64,000 bases of DNA from Alphaproteobacteria bacterium (GCA_016776635.1 JADHSZ010000006.1:10629-74628); one strand, 5' to 3'; shown: positions 37,450 to 47,059, counted from the first letter of the stretch. The notes: generated from the letters alone by a model not told the origin. A program made the numbers and translations.

Positions 37450-37545
37450 GGCGGTGGGAATACGGGTGTTGGGGCTGTCGGGCGTCACCGTGGGAAAGCT
37501 TTGTGCGGAAAGGCCTTATGGCAAAATGAATATGCGGAAAAAATC

Positions 37546-38274
37546 ATGAAACTTCCTTTCAGGCTCTTGCCGGTTACAGTCTTTGTGGCGGTCCTGATGC
37601 TCACTCTTCGTGCCGGGCAATTCTGGAGCGGTCTGGAGGAAATGGCCGATTCCGTCTCTATCGCCCCGTCACAGGCGCAAACGGCCGATGAAGAGGAGGC
37701 CGAAGGAACCCTTGATGACACCGGCGATGAGGAAGTTTTCGACGATGACGAAATGATGGCCGACGGCGAAGAAATGGACGAGGAAGAGGAAGAACAGGAA
37801 TTTACTGAATCCGAAGTGGAAATGCTGCAGAAACTGGCTGAACGCCGCCAGGCCCTGGAACGCCGCTCACGGGAAATCGAGATGCGCGAAGGCTTGCTGG
37901 AAGCCGCCGAGAAGCGGATTGAATCCAAAATTTCCGAGCTCAAGACCCTGCAGTCCACAATCGAAGGGCTGATCGTCAAATATGACGAACAGGAAGAAAC
38001 CAATCTCAAAAGCCTGGTCAAAATTTATGAGAGCATGAAACCAAAGGATGCGGCGCGCATCTTCGAGCAGCTTGAAATGACGATCCTTCTGGAAGTGGTG
38101 GACCGCATGAGCGAACGCAAGGTGGCGCCGGTTCTGGCCAAGATGGACCCGGTCAAGGCCCAGGCGCTGACCACTGAAATCGCCTTGCGCCGCCATTTTC
38201 CGAAAGGTGATGATGAACTGGGCGGGCTTCAGGGAGAGGCCGCCCCCGATACCGGCGTCAATCCGGGAGGATGA
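37546..38274 (+). CDS. MotE/FlbB-like flagellar protein
   Basis: N-terminal TM, LAERRQALE..., LVKIYESMKPKDAARIFEQL, MSERKVAPVLAKMDP. Confidence 0.8.
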   Translation: MKLPFRLLPVTVFVAVLMLTLRAGQFWSGLEEMADSVSIAPSQAQTADEEEAEGTLDDTGDEEVFDDDEMMADGEEMDEEEEEQEFTESEVEMLQKLAERRQALERRSREIEMREGLLEAAEKRIESKISELKTLQSTIEGLIVKYDEQEETNLKSLVKIYESMKPKDAARIFEQLEMTILLEVVDRMSERKVAPVLAKMDPVKAQALTTEIALRRHFPKGDDELGGLQGEAAPDTGVNPGG

Positions 38275-38370
38275 TGGCGGGTTCTCTCCGGAGAACCGAG
38301 GAAGCCCTTTTGAAGGGCTCTTACGAATCCATATCCGATCTGGAAAAAAGTGTGTGGATTATTCGCTTTA

Positions 38371-38395
38371 TTAACCATATTAACTTTGATTTAAC
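38371..38395 (+). promoter_or_regulatory. Consensus CtrA box upstream of cheY
   Basis: TTAA-CTTTGAT-TTAAC (38380-38395) plus adjacent TTAACCAT half-site at 38371. Confidence 0.85.
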
Positions 38396-38462
38396 TCCAA
38401 AGCGGGTAGAGATAAGCGATAAGAGTACCCACGTGTCTGGCAAATCTTCGTTGGAGTGATCG

Positions 38463-38849
38463 ATGGCTGTCGATATGAATATGAACGTCCTCATCGTGGA
38501 CGACTACAAGACCATGCTGCGGATCATCCGCAATCTGCTCAAGCAGCTCGGCTTCAACAATGTGGATGAAGCCACTGATGGCAGCGAAGCCCTGATAAAG
38601 CTTCGGGAAAAGAATTTCGGCTTGGTGATTTCCGACTGGAATATGGAGCCCATGACCGGTCTTCAGTTATTGCGCGAGGTGCGTGCCGACGCCAACCTCA
38701 AGGCCATGCCCTTCATCATGATCACGGCGGAAAGCAAAACCGAGAATGTGGTCGCCGCCAAGGAAGCCGGCGTCAACAACTACATCGTCAAGCCGTTCAA
38801 TGCCGCCACGCTCAAGGGTAAGCTGACAAGTGTCCTCGGCCCGTTCTAG
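38463..38849 (+). CDS. cheY: Chemotaxis response regulator CheY
   Basis: VLIVDD..TMLRIIRNLLKQLGFNNV, SDWNMEPMTG, ITAE, YIVKPFNAATL. Confidence 0.93.
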   Translation: MAVDMNMNVLIVDDYKTMLRIIRNLLKQLGFNNVDEATDGSEALIKLREKNFGLVISDWNMEPMTGLQLLREVRADANLKAMPFIMITAESKTENVVAAKEAGVNNYIVKPFNAATLKGKLTSVLGPF

Positions 38850-38891
38850 AACGGGATCGGCGCAACACACGCAATGTAGAGGTACCCGGCC

Positions 38892-39569
38892 ATGTCTGAT
38901 CGTGAGGCAGACGCTGAACTGGAATCGCGACTCGCTGCGCTAAAGGACAAATACGGCGAAAAAGTCCCCATTACCGAACTGGTCGAGGTGGTCCAGGACG
39001 TGCTCGCCACGCTGCATGGCGACCTGTCTTCACAGGATATGCACATCTACCAGGAGATCGAATCCCTGGTTCAGTATATTCACTCCGCCAAGGAGGAGAT
39101 TGCCGCCCTGTGCCCCGAGGAAATCAGCGCCGAGCATATTCCAACCGCCACCGATGAACTCGACGCCATTGTCCTCGCCACCGAAGAAGCCACGGGCACC
39201 ATTCTCGACACCGCCGAAAAACTGATGGAAATAGGTTCGGGACTGGAGGGAGAAGAGGGCGGGAAAATAGTCGATGGCGTTACCACAATCTTCGAGGCCT
39301 GCAATTTCCAGGACATTACCGGCCAGCGCATCGGCAAGGTGGTGACGGCATTGCGCCACATCGAGGAAAAGGTGGAGGCTCTTGCCGCGGCCTTTGGCGA
39401 AGACATCAAGGCGGCGGGCGCAAAACTGCGGGAGGAGAAAGAGAAGGAAGCCAAGGAAAAGGCCGGCGCAGACAAGCCATCCGATGAAGACCTTCTCCAC
39501 GGGCCTCAGATGGAGAACGAGGCCACGTCCCAGGAAGATATCGACGCCCTTCTCGACAGCTTCGATTAA
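38892..39569 (+). CDS. cheZ: CheZ-family phosphatase
   Basis: ATDELDAIV.ATEEAT, FEACNFQDITGQRI (DxxxQ), C-terminal SQEDIDALL. Confidence 0.88.
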   Translation: MSDREADAELESRLAALKDKYGEKVPITELVEVVQDVLATLHGDLSSQDMHIYQEIESLVQYIHSAKEEIAALCPEEISAEHIPTATDELDAIVLATEEATGTILDTAEKLMEIGSGLEGEEGGKIVDGVTTIFEACNFQDITGQRIGKVVTALRHIEEKVEALAAAFGEDIKAAGAKLREEKEKEAKEKAGADKPSDEDLLHGPQMENEATSQEDIDALLDSFD

Positions 39570-39581
39570 TACTAATACGCC

Positions 39582-40265
39582 ATGAAGCACTTAGAGGAAA
39601 ACCCTTCGGATATAAGAGCCGGTGGTGGCTCCATCATCGTGTTTTTGGGCCTCTATCTCCTTCTTGTGGCCTTTTTCATCCTCCTCAACAGCATTTCCAG
39701 CATCCAGGAAGACAAGGCTAAAGACGCCGTTTTCAGCGTCCACTCCGCTTTCGAGGCGGTGGGCATCCCTTCCTCCCAGTCCATGCATTTTTCCTCCGAC
39801 ATCGGTTCCTTTGCCGAGGCCGCCTCCTCCCTGGTGAAGATCGGGGCGCTGGTCAAGACGGCGATTCCCCTTGCCCGGGTGGAAGAGGTGATTCCGGGCC
39901 AGCTGATGCAGATTGAGACCACTACCGAAGAGCTGTTCGTGGGCGGAGAGGCGCGGCTGAAAGAACAGTCCAACTCCCTTCTCAATAAAGTGGGGCGTAT
40001 TCTCAGCGATCCCCCTGATGATCTGCGCTTTGATGTTGAAATTATCGTCGGCAGTGAATGGATTCTTTCCGGGGATCTGGCTAAGGGAGAGACCCTGGAA
40101 GTGGCCCGTGCGGGAACGCTGGCTCGTGAACTGCGCGCCAGGGGCGCGCCTGCGGATTCAACCGTTGCCGGAATTGAAATCGGTGATCCGAGCCATGTGC
40201 GGATGATGTTTTATATTCGCGGTAAGGATGAGCCAAGGGTTGATTTTAAACAATTGGTACAGTGA
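39582..40265 (+). CDS. MotB-like protein lacking the TM Asp, with a degenerate OmpA domain
   Basis: TM SIIVFLGLYLLLVAFFILLNSIS; degenerate peptidoglycan-binding motif LEVARAGTLAREL. Confidence 0.6.
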   Translation: MKHLEENPSDIRAGGGSIIVFLGLYLLLVAFFILLNSISSIQEDKAKDAVFSVHSAFEAVGIPSSQSMHFSSDIGSFAEAASSLVKIGALVKTAIPLARVEEVIPGQLMQIETTTEELFVGGEARLKEQSNSLLNKVGRILSDPPDDLRFDVEIIVGSEWILSGDLAKGETLEVARAGTLARELRARGAPADSTVAGIEIGDPSHVRMMFYIRGKDEPRVDFKQLVQ

Positions 40266-40273
40266 CTTAGGCC

Positions 40274-40996
40274 ATGTTCGACGACGAAGATCATACAGAC
40301 GAGGAATACACCGCCGAGATCAACAAGGGCTGGTTGATTATCTTCACCGACCTTGTGTCCCTTATGCTTGCCTTTTTCGTTCTGCTTTTTTCCATGTCCT
40401 CGGTGAATTCCGAGGATTGGAAAACCATTACCGAATCCCTGTCGCGCAGCTTGGCGCCGGACGCGGGTATCCTCAAAAGCTCGGCCGGCGCCGATCTTAA
40501 TATCGCCGGCCGCACCCGAGACATGGCCATTGATCTGGGGTATCTCTCCGCCATCCTGGAGTCGCAGATGAAGGAAGCCGCCGATCTCGGCGATAACGTG
40601 ATACATCAACTGGAAGACCGAATGGTGATCTCGTTGCCCAGTGATGTCCTGTTCCAGGTCGGCGCCGCCACCCTGTCGGAAAAGGGAAAGCGCGCCTTGC
40701 GCGACATGGGAAGTCTCCTCCGCAATGTGGGCAACAGAGTGGATGTGTTCGGGCATACGGACCCCACGCCGTTGCAAGGGGGAGGGTTTTCGAGCAACTG
40801 GGAACTGTCCATCTCCCGCGCCATCACGGTGGCCAATGAACTGCGGCGTGCGGGCTATCCCAAGGATATCCTCGCCTTTGGGGCGGCTGAGTCCCATTTT
40901 GAATTCTTAAGTCCAGAGCTTTCCAGGAAACAACGTACGGACCTGTCCCGCCGGGTAGATATTGTGGTATTATCCTCGAAAGGGGGTAGATCTTGA
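40274..40996 (+). CDS. motB: MotB/OmpA-family stator protein
   Basis: WLIIFTDLVSLMLAFFVLLFSMS; GHTD, SNWELSISRA, RRVDIV. Confidence 0.82.
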   Translation: MFDDEDHTDEEYTAEINKGWLIIFTDLVSLMLAFFVLLFSMSSVNSEDWKTITESLSRSLAPDAGILKSSAGADLNIAGRTRDMAIDLGYLSAILESQMKEAADLGDNVIHQLEDRMVISLPSDVLFQVGAATLSEKGKRALRDMGSLLRNVGNRVDVFGHTDPTPLQGGGFSSNWELSISRAITVANELRRAGYPKDILAFGAAESHFEFLSPELSRKQRTDLSRRVDIVVLSSKGGRS

Positions 40997-43900
40997 TATC
41001 ACTGCCTTCCATCTCTGTTGTGCCGCGGCCCTTGCGGAAAGGGCTTGCCGCCGCCGTGGCGTTCTCCTTTGTGGTGTCCGCCGCCGGGTTGGCCCCTGGA
41101 TTAATCCCCGGATTGGTAGCCGAGGCGGCGGCTCAGGAAGTTCCTTCCGGCCAGACCCTGCCTCAGCTGGACCCCAATAAGGATGCCAGTAAGGATACCG
41201 GCACGGATCCCGCCAAAACAGCCGGGACGCCTGCCCCGGAAATATCCATCCCGGAAATTAAAATCCGTGCTTGGAACCACGACAGTTTCGGGCGCATCGT
41301 TTTCGAATGGACATCAAAGGTTGTTTTTGCCGCCAAGGTGGAGGGGGAGAAACTGTTCGTGCGCTTCTCCAAACCTCTGCACAGCGATTTGACCCCCGTA
41401 TTAAAGCAACTCTCACAATATGTGACGGCGGCGGAACTTGACGATGACGGCAAGACGGCGGTGTTCACCCTGAGCAAGCCTTTCAGCTATCGCGCTTTCC
41501 TCCACGATTACGCGGTGGTGGTGGACCTCTCGGACGTTGTTGGCGACGTAGCACCTGCCGTGGCGGCCGCGAAACCCGCCCCCCCAGCGCCCGCGGCAGA
41601 ACCCCCAGCCCCGGCCCAGAAGGTAGAAACCCAGGCGGCGAAAACCCAGGCGGCGGAGACTCCTTCCCAGGCAGAGAAATCCCCCGTGGAAACAAAGCTG
41701 GAAACGAAATCGGCCAAGAAGGTGAAAATTCCAGCCAAGCCATCGAAAAAGCCCAAACAAAAGGCTCTCACCGCCGCCAAGAAACTGAATGTGCGCATCG
41801 GCAGCCATCCCGGGTTTACCCGTTTCGTCTTCGACTGGACATCGGCGGTGGAGTTCAAGGTCCGCCGCAGGGGGGTCAAGGCGACGGTTTCCTTCGACAA
41901 GCCGGCACGCATTAATGTGGGGAAGGTGCGCAAGGCTCTGCCCCCCGCTGTTCCTGAATTTAATGCGGCCACCAGCGCAACCGGGCTGTCGGTGGACATG
42001 ACCCTGACCGAAGGGTCACGGCTGCGGCATTTCCGCACCGGAGCCAAGGTGGTTGTGGATGTGCTCAAGCCGACCGCCGAAACGGCGAAAGCCGCAAAGA
42101 AAAGTGTGAAGCAGGCCGTATCGCCACCTCCAAAGCCCGCCCCCGTCCTCGCCAAGTCCAAGAAGGGCGCGAAGTCTGCGCGGCCCACACAGCTTACCGC
42201 GGCGCCGGTCACCCCGGTGACGAAGGCCGAAGCGACCCCGGAAACGACTCCGGAATCACCTCCCTCCGCGGGAGAAGGGACACCAGAGGAGGCGCCAGAG
42301 GGAACGAGCGGAGATCTCGTGGGGGACAGCTGGGAACAGGAGGATGACGGAGAACCTCGCACCCTGACAGGGATCATGGAAGACGATCTCTTCAGCCTCC
42401 GCTTTGACTGGCCGGAAGGGGTTGCCGCCGCCATTTACCGGCGCGCGGGTTATTTATGGTTCTTATTCGATCACCTCGAAACACTGCGCCTGGCGAGCAT
42501 CGTGGAGAAAAGCGAGCAGCGCCTGGAGGAACTGATACAGGTTCCCGATGCCCGCGCCACGATCCTTCGCGCGCGGGTGCGTTCCGGCATCAATCCCAGC
42601 CTGCGCAAGGAAGGCAATGTCTGGTTTGTGGATCTCAAACCCCAGACATTGCAGCCCGAAGTTCCCCTCATGATCAAGGTCGAGCCGGAGGCGGAAGCCG
42701 GGCCCCGGCTTTTCCTGTCGGTGGACAATGCCGTGGACAAGATGACCATCCGTGACACGGTGGTGGGTGACAAGCTGTTCGTGGTGCCGGTCCCGGGCCT
42801 GGGCCAGGGCATCAACCGTAACCGTTCCTACGCCCAGTTCCTTCTCATCGGCACCGCTCAGGGAGTGGTGGTGGAACCTTACACGGACGGGCTTGATGTG
42901 CGGGTGGAAGCCGACGGAGTGGAAATCAGAAGTCAGGACGACCTGTTTATCTCGGCACGTCCCGCCAATTTTGATGAAGCCAGTCTGCTGGCGGGCGATT
43001 TTGACATGGAAGACAGCGGCGAATTTGAACCCATGCTCAATATGGAAAGATGGGCCCTTGGACCTTCGCCATGGTTCTATGAATCGCGAAAAATCCTGCT
43101 TGGCGAAATTGCCGCGGCGCCTCCTGCCGAGCGCAACCAGCTGCGCCTTCAACTGGCCCAGTATTATTTCGCCAACGGCATGCCCGGAGACGCCGCCAGC
43201 CTGCTCAAGGTGATCGGCGAGGAAGAGCCGGAAATGGCCGAAGAGGCCGATTACAAACTGTTCCTCGGGATCAGCCTGTTCATGAACGGCAATTATCTGG
43301 AATCGGGAAAATATCTGTATTCCCAGGGCATGGCCGGTCTGCCCGAGGGGGTGCTGTGGCAGGCGGCGCTGGCCGCGGAGCAGGGGGACTGGGAGGAGGC
43401 CATTGACGGGTTTTCCCGTTCCGCCAACCTGATAGGGGTCTATCCCACGAATATACAGCGCAAGCTGGGCCTGTTGGCGGCGGAAACAGTCATCGCCAAT
43501 GAAAATTATGAGGCGGCGAAGTCATTCCTGGATCTCGTCAAGGAAAGCGATCCTTCGGCCGCCGAACTCAACTATGCCTCCTATTTACTGGGTGAGGCTT
43601 TTATGGCCACTGACGCCACCGACAACGCCATGGCGATTTGGGACAAGGTGATCGAGGGCAGCGACCGCCGCAGCCGGGCCAAGGCTATCTATGCCAAGGT
43701 CAACTATCTTTTCGACAACGGTTCCCTGACACAGGGCGAACTGATTGAGGAACTCGAGAAGCTGCGTTTTGTTTGGCGCGGCGACCAGTTCGAGTTTGCC
43801 CTGCTGGAACGTCTCGGCGATCTTTATCTTGAGGATGGGGATTTCCAGAACTCGCTGGTTACCCTGAAACAGGCGGCCACGGCCTTCCCCCGTCACGAAA

Positions 43901-44847
43901 AGGCACGCGAGCTGACGAAAAAGATGGGTGATACCTTCGTCAGTCTCTACCTTGACGGCACCGCCGATGAGCTGCCTCCGATCAAGGCCCTGGCCATCTT
44001 CAACGAATTCCGCGAATTGACTCCGGGCGGAAAAAACGGCGACCGGATGATCCGTAATCTGGCCGACCGCATGGTGGCCGTGGATCTTCTCGACCAGGCC
44101 GAGGAACTGCTGGACCAGCAGATCAAATTCCGTCTCCAGGGAGTGGAAAAGGCCGAGGTGGGAGCACAGCTGGCTTTCATCCAGATTCTCGACCAGACGC
44201 CCGAGCAAGCCCTCAAGACCCTGAGCGATACCGCGGAGAAGGACTTGTCTTCCGGTCTCGTTAGACGCCGCCGCCACCTTGAGGCCCGGGCCCTGGTGGA
44301 CCTTGACCGGCGGCCCGAAGCATTGGCTCTTATCCAGGGTGATGAGAGTCTCGACGCCGAGAAGCTGCGCGCCGATATCTTCTGGCGCGAGCAGAACTGG
44401 GCGTCGGCCGCCGGCGCCATTTCCAGGGCGGTGGAAAAAATAGAACATCCTCCCGCCATGAAGGCCGGACCGCCAACGCCTGAGGAAGAGGCGGTGGCGG
44501 CGGCGGAGACTTCCGCCATTGGGGCCGAAGGGGAAGCCGCCGACGACGAAGCGCCGGCCCTGGCCGAGCCCGAGGTAGTGAGCCCCCATCTTCTCATGCG
44601 CTGGGCCGTGGCCCTGGCCTTGAGCGACAACATGGCCGGGCTTTTCTACCTGCGTGACAAATATTCGGACTTCATGGGGCGCAGCCCCTATCTCGACGAT
44701 TTCACGGTCATCGTTACCGAGCCCACAGGCTCCGCCGACAGCATGAAAGCCATCGTTGACCGCCTCAAGGAGGTCAACAAATACGAGTCCTTCATGGCCG
44801 GCTATCGCGAGCGTCTGGAAGACCAGGACCTCTCCGCCATTAACTGA
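40993..44847 (+). CDS. Large exported protein (1284 aa): two AMIN-like repeats plus TPR solenoid
   Basis: Signal/TM N-terminus; IRAWNHDSFGRIVFEW and VRIGSHPGFTRFVFDW repeats; TPR-like helices; LEKLRFVWRGD, LADRMVAVDLL. Confidence 0.75.
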   Translation: MISLPSISVVPRPLRKGLAAAVAFSFVVSAAGLAPGLIPGLVAEAAAQEVPSGQTLPQLDPNKDASKDTGTDPAKTAGTPAPEISIPEIKIRAWNHDSFGRIVFEWTSKVVFAAKVEGEKLFVRFSKPLHSDLTPVLKQLSQYVTAAELDDDGKTAVFTLSKPFSYRAFLHDYAVVVDLSDVVGDVAPAVAAAKPAPPAPAAEPPAPAQKVETQAAKTQAAETPSQAEKSPVETKLETKSAKKVKIPAKPSKKPKQKALTAAKKLNVRIGSHPGFTRFVFDWTSAVEFKVRRRGVKATVSFDKPARINVGKVRKALPPAVPEFNAATSATGLSVDMTLTEGSRLRHFRTGAKVVVDVLKPTAETAKAAKKSVKQAVSPPPKPAPVLAKSKKGAKSARPTQLTAAPVTPVTKAEATPETTPESPPSAGEGTPEEAPEGTSGDLVGDSWEQEDDGEPRTLTGIMEDDLFSLRFDWPEGVAAAIYRRAGYLWFLFDHLETLRLASIVEKSEQRLEELIQVPDARATILRARVRSGINPSLRKEGNVWFVDLKPQTLQPEVPLMIKVEPEAEAGPRLFLSVDNAVDKMTIRDTVVGDKLFVVPVPGLGQGINRNRSYAQFLLIGTAQGVVVEPYTDGLDVRVEADGVEIRSQDDLFISARPANFDEASLLAGDFDMEDSGEFEPMLNMERWALGPSPWFYESRKILLGEIAAAPPAERNQLRLQLAQYYFANGMPGDAASLLKVIGEEEPEMAEEADYKLFLGISLFMNGNYLESGKYLYSQGMAGLPEGVLWQAALAAEQGDWEEAIDGFSRSANLIGVYPTNIQRKLGLLAAETVIANENYEAAKSFLDLVKESDPSAAELNYASYLLGEAFMATDATDNAMAIWDKVIEGSDRRSRAKAIYAKVNYLFDNGSLTQGELIEELEKLRFVWRGDQFEFALLERLGDLYLEDGDFQNSLVTLKQAATAFPRHEKARELTKKMGDTFVSLYLDGTADELPPIKALAIFNEFRELTPGGKNGDRMIRNLADRMVAVDLLDQAEELLDQQIKFRLQGVEKAEVGAQLAFIQILDQTPEQALKTLSDTAEKDLSSGLVRRRRHLEARALVDLDRRPEALALIQGDESLDAEKLRADIFWREQNWASAAGAISRAVEKIEHPPAMKAGPPTPEEEAVAAAETSAIGAEGEAADDEAPALAEPEVVSPHLLMRWAVALALSDNMAGLFYLRDKYSDFMGRSPYLDDFTVIVTEPTGSADSMKAIVDRLKEVNKYESFMAGYRERLEDQDLSAIN

Positions 44848-44889
44848 CGTTGCATGGTCTAGAAGCGCGGCCTTGCGGGGGGGTGCCCG

Positions 44890-45636
44890 TTACGGTGTGA
44901 AGCTCTGCACCACGCTGCCGGCAACCAGGTACCAGCCATCCACGAGGACGAAGAAAATCAGCTTGAACGGCAGCGAGATGATAATCGGTGGCAGCATCAT
45001 CATGCCCATGGACATGAGAATGGACGCCACTACCATGTCAATGACGAGAAAGGGAACGAAGATCAGGAACCCGATCTCGAAGGCGCGGCGCAACTCGCTG
45101 ATGACGAAAGCCGGGATCAGCACCCGCAGGGGGACCGCTTCCGGGCTTTCCACATCCTCCATATCGGCAATATCGAGAAACAGAACCAGGTCCTTTTCGC
45201 GCACCTGTTTGCGCATGAAGGCGTGGAAGGGGGCGGTGGTTCTCTCGAAGGATTCCTCCTCGGTGATCTCGTTTTCAATCAGGGGAGCCAGGCCTTCGGA
45301 ATAGGCGGTCTCGAAGGTGGGCGTCATGATGAAAAGCGTCAGGAACAGGGCCAGTCCCACCAAAACGGTGTTGGGCGGCGTCTGTTGCAGGCCCAGTGCC
45401 GAGCGCAGGAAGGAAAAAACCACCACGATACGGATGAAAGAGGTGGTCATGATCAGGATCGACGGCGCCAGGGACAGGACCGTCAGCAGGACGATCAGCT
45501 GGAAGACGCGTCCGGTGGCCGTGGGGCCTTCGCCGAAATCGAAGGAAAAGTTCTGCGCCAGCGCCGGCGCCACGAACAGGACGGTGGCGAGTAGGGAAAG
45601 AACCGTGGCCGCAGCAAGGAGAGGTCGTGTCTTCAT
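44890..45636 (-). CDS. fliP: Export gate protein FliP
   Basis: LLTVLSLAPSILIMTTSFIRI, QQTPPN, LIPAFVISEL, MGMMMLPP, LFFVLVDGW-like C-terminus. Confidence 0.96.
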   Translation of the reverse strand: MKTRPLLAAATVLSLLATVLFVAPALAQNFSFDFGEGPTATGRVFQLIVLLTVLSLAPSILIMTTSFIRIVVVFSFLRSALGLQQTPPNTVLVGLALFLTLFIMTPTFETAYSEGLAPLIENEITEEESFERTTAPFHAFMRKQVREKDLVLFLDIADMEDVESPEAVPLRVLIPAFVISELRRAFEIGFLIFVPFLVIDMVVASILMSMGMMMLPPIIISLPFKLIFFVLVDGWYLVAGSVVQSFTP

Positions 45637-45640
45637 GGGG

Positions 45641-45973
45641 TTACCCGCTTTCCTGGGTGGTGCCGGTTTCATGGCTTTGGTCCGTTTCCTCATTTGTCGG
45701 GGACTCGGCCTTGATTCCCGATTCGATCAGAAGGTCCGAGGTGGGCCCCAGAAGCACCAGATGCTCGGTGCCGTCCCTGCGCACCAATGCTAGCCGCCGT
45801 TTGGCATCCACCGGAATGACCTCAACCACGGCAATGCGCTTTTTTCCGTTGCCGGAGCGTGGCGCCGAGATCAGACCAAAGCCGAAACGCCGCACAAGAA
45901 GCGCGAATATCCCGATCAGCCCGAGAACGAAAAGAAGGGCGGCCAGGAATTGGATATAGACCTCGGTTTCCAT
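45641..45973 (-). CDS. fliO: FliO
   Basis: TM ALLFVLGLI, RIAVVEVIPVDAKRRLALVRRDGTEHLVLLG; upstream of fliP. Confidence 0.88.
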   Translation of the reverse strand: METEVYIQFLAALLFVLGLIGIFALLVRRFGFGLISAPRSGNGKKRIAVVEVIPVDAKRRLALVRRDGTEHLVLLGPTSDLLIESGIKAESPTNEETDQSHETGTTQESG

Positions 45974-45997
45974 TGTTAGGACGTAGCCGTGGAATTG

Positions 45998-46339
45998 CTA
46001 TTTTGTTTTCGGAGGCAAGGAACTGCCATAGGCAGAGGTGGCTCGTTGACGGTCGGAGATTCCCCTGATCTCCTCGGCCAGGGCTTGATGCTGTTCCTTG
46101 AGGTCCTCCTCGAGATGGGCAATCTCGTCGGAAAGGGCGATGAGGCTGTTTAAAAGTGGCTCTCCTTCGGAACCCGGAAGGGTACCGATAAGGGCGCAGA
46201 TTTCCCCGACCTCCTTCTCCATCCCGGAAAGATCCACGTCGCTTTGCAGGGAGCCTTCCCCCTTCAGGGCTTCGCGAACGGTTGCGCAGAAAGCGGAAAA
46301 GCCGTCGAGACGCCGCTTGATTTCATCGAGATCGTTCAT
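45998..46339 (-). CDS. Hypothetical helical protein, possibly FliT-like
   Basis: 113 aa, helical, C-terminal RATSAYG; same strand and run as fliO/fliP. Confidence 0.6.
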   Translation of the reverse strand: MNDLDEIKRRLDGFSAFCATVREALKGEGSLQSDVDLSGMEKEVGEICALIGTLPGSEGEPLLNSLIALSDEIAHLEEDLKEQHQALAEEIRGISDRQRATSAYGSSLPPKTK

Positions 46340-46352
46340 CAGCCCTCAACCG

Positions 46353-46739
46353 TTATGTTGCCGGGGAAGGGGAGCCGTCGCCGGACGGGTTCTCCGGAAG
46401 GCCCGCGGCGGCCATCTCCAGCTTCTGGAACTCGCCGTTGGCGTAATACACGTAGGCCATAATTTCGGCAATGGCGGCAAATGCTTCGAGCGGGATTTCA
46501 CTATCCACGTCGATGGCGGAAAGGATTTTCGCCAGATCGGCGTCCTCACGGACCTTGATGCCGTGGGCGAAGGCCAGGTGGAGAATCTGTTCGGCGAAGG
46601 TGCCCTTTCCCTTGGCCACCACACGCGGAGCATTCTCCTTCTCCAGGTCGTGACTCAGGGCCACGGCCAGAGCCGGCTCAAGAACTTGCGATGAAGAATC
46701 GGCCGTCGAAGGAGCCGGCTTTTTTGATTTGTTTTTCAA
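46353..46739 (-). CDS. FlhB C-terminal-like (EscU/YscU/FlhX-type) protein
   Basis: AVALSH....APRVVAKGKG.FAEQIL.LA..HGI.VREDADLA.IL..IDVDSEIP.EAF.AIAEI..YVY. Confidence 0.88.
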   Translation of the reverse strand: MKNKSKKPAPSTADSSSQVLEPALAVALSHDLEKENAPRVVAKGKGTFAEQILHLAFAHGIKVREDADLAKILSAIDVDSEIPLEAFAAIAEIMAYVYYANGEFQKLEMAAAGLPENPSGDGSPSPAT

Positions 46740-46828
46740 TGCCTTGCATCCATGATGAGCAGACAGGAAGGGATGTGAATGCGAGCCATGATAGCGTTCA
46801 ATAACCTAAAGAAATATTTAATTCGCCA

Positions 46829-47059
46829 TTACTCCGGGCTTTTCTTCTGTTGCAGGGCATCCATCAGGGAATCCCGGGTTCCCACGGCGGAACGGTTTTC
46901 CTCCTGAATCCTCTCGTGCAGTTCCTGACGCAGAACCGAAGCATCCGATGGGTAGGTAAACCCCAACTTGATGGTTTTTCCTCTGATCTCAACGACGGTC
47001 ACCTTGATGGAGTCGTTGATGATGACCGATTCGCCGATTTTTCGCGTTAAATAGAGCAT
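46829..47059 (-). CDS. csrA: Carbon storage regulator CsrA with C-terminal extension
   Basis: MLYLTRKIGESVIINDSIKVTVVEIRG..IKLG..P...VLRQEL..RIQEENRSA. Confidence 0.9.
   Translation of the reverse strand: MLYLTRKIGESVIINDSIKVTVVEIRGKTIKLGFTYPSDASVLRQELHERIQEENRSAVGTRDSLMDALQQKKSPE

Noticed and set aside
38271-38459. 62-aa ORF between the MotE-like gene and cheY
   Set aside because: Runs through the AT-rich CtrA promoter and has no recognisable features; likely spurious
38892-39569. CheZ in an alphaproteobacterium as a novelty
   Set aside because: cheY-cheZ pairs of this type are known in Rhodospirillales-like genomes
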